DNA of 64,000 nt from an uncultured Chloroflexia bacterium (GTDB lineage: Bacteria > Chloroflexota > Limnocylindria > Limnocylindrales > CSP1-4). Every line of letters begins with the position of its first letter. Within the stretch, counting starts at the first letter, position 1. A model generated the notes under the pieces. That model did no database searches. It was given only the letters and a program-made list of their open reading frames with translations, and was not told where the DNA came from. The stretch is from assembly GCA_963833225.1 (NCBI GenBank), contig CAWHXD010000017.1:128001-192000 (forward strand). Reading direction: 5' to 3'. The position numbers and the translations under genes are program-made. This document shows positions 60,916-64,000 of this stretch, one piece after another.

Positions 60916-61641
60916 CTAGCGTCGCGCTGCGCGCTGGAGCCCGGGCAGGTCCAGCACCACGATCGCCTCACGCTCCAGCCGGATGTGCCCGTCGTCGGCC
61001 AGGTAGCCCAGCAGCTTGTTGACGCTCTGCCGGGTGCTGCCCACCATCGCGGCCAGCTCACCCTGCGTGATCGGGCCCTCGAGACGGAGCTGCCCATCGT
61101 CACCGGCGCTCCCCTGCTCCTCGGCCATGCGCGCCAGGCGGGCCGCCAGGCGTCCCGCGATGTCGAGGAAGTGGAGCTCTTCCACGTGGTAGGTCAGCCG
61201 GCGCAGCTCTCGCGCCAGCTCCGCGAACACGTGGTCGCGGATCTCCGGCCAGTCGTTGACCAGCTGGCGGAAGGTGTCGCGGGGCAGGATCAACGTCTCG
61301 GTCAGCTCGACGGCCGTTGCGGAGGCGGACCGGGGCGCCCCGTCCAGCAGCGCCAACGAGCCAAAGAACTCGCCCGGGCGCAGGGTCGTCAGGATCGCCT
61401 CCACACCCGACTCGGACGGGCTCGAGATCTTCACCCGTCCGGAGATGATGATGTACAGCGAATCGCCGGGATCGCCCTGGTGAAAGATGACCTCCCCGCG
61501 CCGGTGCCGCCGGGTCCGAAGGCTGGCGGCCAGGGTCCCCAGGTCCCGTTCGGACAGGTCCCGGAACAGCGGCACGCTCTCGAGGATCGCGCGCTGAGCG
61601 GCCGGATCTGACGGGGGACGGACCTGGCTCATCAGTGGCAA
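60916..61641 (-). CDS. Crp/Fnr family cNMP-binding transcriptional regulator
   Basis: IFHQGDPGD, FFGSLALLDGAPRSA and HTH TQGELAAMVGSTRQSVNK. Confidence 0.92.
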   Translation of the reverse strand: MPLMSQVRPPSDPAAQRAILESVPLFRDLSERDLGTLAASLRTRRHRRGEVIFHQGDPGDSLYIIISGRVKISSPSESGVEAILTTLRPGEFFGSLALLDGAPRSASATAVELTETLILPRDTFRQLVNDWPEIRDHVFAELARELRRLTYHVEELHFLDIAGRLAARLARMAEEQGSAGDDGQLRLEGPITQGELAAMVGSTRQSVNKLLGYLADDGHIRLEREAIVVLDLPGLQRAARR

Positions 61642-61714
61642 TCCTCCTGGGCCGCAGACGGTGCGACCGCGCCCCGATCGGCGCGGGAACGCACGCCGAC
61701 CCGGGTGCGAACCC

Positions 61715-62792
61715 TCAGGAGACCGAGAGGACCGGCGCCTGGGTGGTCTCGGCCCGGACGCTCATGCGCGCGGCGACAAGCCTGGCCACGGTCTCCAGCG
61801 CCTGGGCAGCCGGACCCGGCTCGCGCTGGGCGACCGCCGGGACACCGGCATCGCCGCCCTGGCGAACGGTGACATCAAGCGGCACCTTGCCCAGGAACTC
61901 CACGCCGTGCTGCTCCGCGAAGCGCTCGCCACCACCGCGGCCGAAGATCTCGGTGGCCTCGCCGCAGTGCGGACACACGAACGCGCTCATGTTCTCGACG
62001 AGCCCGATGATCGGGACGTTGAGCCGGCGCAGCATGGACAGGGCCTTGGCGACGTCGGACAGGGCGACCTCCTGCGGGGTCGTCACCAGCACGGTGCCGC
62101 TGATCGGCACGGCCTGTGCCAGGGTCAGCTGCGCATCCGACGTTCCGGGCGGCAGGTCGACCACCAGGTAGTCCAGCTCGCCCCACTCCACGTCACGCAG
62201 GAACTGGCTGATGGCACCCCCGATGAGCGGGCCGCGCCACACGATGGGCTGGCCCTCGGGGACGAAGAACTGGATCGAGATCGCCTTCACGCCGTGCCGC
62301 TCGAGGGGGATGATCTTGTTGTTCTCGCTGGCCTGCGGCTGGCCCTCGAGGCCGAGCATCATCGGGATGTTGGGTCCGGTGATGTCCGCGTCCAGGAGGC
62401 CCACCGAGGCGCCGGCATTCGCGAGCGCGACGGCGAGGTTCACGCGACACGGTGCTCTTGCCGACGCCACCCTTGCCCGACGCGACGGCGATGATGTTCT
62501 TCACGCCGGGCACCAGCTGCTCCGCGGTGCGCGGCGCGGCGCGGCGGACGGTCGCGCCCCAGGCGACGCTCAGCTCCTCGACCCCGAGCGGGATCAGCGC
62601 GCGGCGGACCTCCGCCTCGATCTGGTCCTTGAGCGGACAGGCGGGCGTCGTCAGCTCGATGGTGAAGGCCACCTTGGTGCCGTTGATGACCAGGTCCCGG
62701 ATCATGTTCCGGCTGACGAGGTCACCGCCGAGCTCGGGTTCCTGGACAGTGCGGAGGGCGGCGAGGACGTCGGACTCGGTGATGGCGCTCAT
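61715..62792 (-). CDS. mrp: Mrp/ApbC Fe-S cluster carrier ATPase, one frameshift near 62444
   Basis: LTTPACP and ASGKGGVGKST in one frame; DADITGP, WRGP, DLPPGTSD and ENMSAFVCPHC in the next. Confidence 0.92.
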
Positions 62793-63039
62793 GGAAGTTC
62801 GGCTCGCTCCTTGCGGACGGGATGCCCGGGGCCGATATCGACGCGCGGGCTGTCGAATCGTACCCGCGGGGCGCCCGGGGTGCCCGCGCGCGCTCCCGGG
62901 CCGGGTCACGGGTGCGGATGGCGGGCCGGAGATCGGCACCGCGCACGTCGCCAATTCCTGCGATTTGGTGCCCGCTGACATTCCCGGCGTGCGGAAGTTC
63001 GCGGAATCCGACCCGGCGAACGGTCCATGCTTCGCGAAT

Positions 63040-63069
63040 TTGACACCACCGTCTCCCCGCTCCTATCGT
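63040..63069 (+). promoter_or_regulatory. Sigma70-type promoter upstream of potA
   Basis: TTGACA at 63040-63045, 18 bp spacer, TATCGT at 63064-63069. Confidence 0.6.
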
Positions 63070-63166
63070 TCGAGCCGCCGACGGGCTTCGCGTGTACCGT
63101 CCGCACGCACCCCGGGCCCGCCCGGGACGACCCGTCCCGTAGCCGTGGAGGAGCTGGACTGCGCCC

Positions 63167-64000
63167 GTGCCGACGTTGACGTACGGCTCGTCGATATCAC
63201 CAAGGCGTTCGGCGACGTCGCTCGCCGTCGACCACATCGACCTCGAGGTGGCCGATGGCGAGTTCTTCAGCCTGCTGGGCCCGTCCGGCTGCGGCAAGAC
63301 CACGACGCTGCGCATGATCGGCGGCTTCGAGCAGCCCACCTCCGGCCTGATCGAGCTCCAGGGCCAGGACGTGACCTGGCTGCCGCCCTACCGGCGCAAC
63401 GTCAACACCGTCTTCCAGAGCTACGCGCTGTTCCCGCACCTCTCGATCTTCGAGAACGTCGCCTTCGGCCTGCGCCGCACGCGGTGTCAAGGACTCGCGA
63501 GATCAAGGCAGCGGGTCCGCCAGATGCTCGAGCTGGTGCGAGCTGCCCGGGTTCGAGACGCGCAAGCCCAACCAGATCTCGGGTGGCCAGGCGCAGCGCG
63601 TGGCGCTGGCGCGGGCGCTGATCAACCGGCCGGCCGTGCTGCTGCTGGACGAGCCGCTGGGCGCGCTGGACCTCAAGCTGCGCAAGCAGATGCAGGTCGA
63701 GCTCAAGCGGATCCAGCAGGAGGTCGGGATCACGTTCATCTACGTGACCCACGACCAGGAGGAGGCGATGACGATGTCGGATCGCATCGCCGTGATGAAC
63801 CGGGGCCACTACGAGCAGCTGGGTGACCCGGAGACGCTGTACGAGCGCCCGGAGACGCGGTTCGTGGCCGGCTTCCTCGGGGTCAGCAACCTGCTGGCGG
63901 GCGTGCTGCCAGGGCACGGCCGACGAATACGCGCGTCATCCGGCTCGAGGACGACGACCGTGGTTCGGGCACCCGGCCGCGGCGGTTCAGGGCCGCACGG
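63167..64000 (+). CDS. potA: Spermidine/putrescine-type ABC ATP-binding protein, partial, with several frameshifts
   Basis: [11 protein letters not shown] and [17 protein letters not shown], then [19 protein letters not shown] and [16 protein letters not shown] in another frame. Confidence 0.87.

Overview
Very GC-rich bacterial chromosomal segment, densely coding and mostly on the minus strand. The lineage is inferred, not shown: a transcription-terminating valS T-box, DUF4446, a REC-CpaE/MinD fusion and actinobacteria-like modules together suggest Chloroflexota (possibly Limnocylindria/Ellin6529-like). Housekeeping content includes murI, speB, rarA, murJ, an alternative serine operon (class V aminotransferase, serA, histidine phosphatase), MoxR/DUF58/transglutaminase, fhaA-fhaB-rodA-pbpA, a LacI-controlled sugar ABC plus amylosucrase locus, valS with its T-box, a qcrCAB-ctaCDF respiratory operon, tig-clpP-clpX, tRNA-Leu(TAG), cinA, a YcaQ-like glycosylase, Crp, mrp and a partial potA. 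I found no integrase, transposase, prophage or CRISPR array. The best candidates for something undescribed are: (1) a tightly coupled three-gene unit of a single UvrD helicase-nuclease, a beta-class DNA amino-methyltransferase and a HAD hydrolase; (2) a cluster of Zn-ribbon proteins with a small HTH protein beside the FHA operon; (3) an actinobacterial-type bcc-aa3 operon without ctaE; (4) a possible structured RNA upstream of moxR. Several genes look leaderless. Single-base frameshifts in six genes are most likely sequencing or assembly errors. All calls come from reading motifs by eye; no database search was run.
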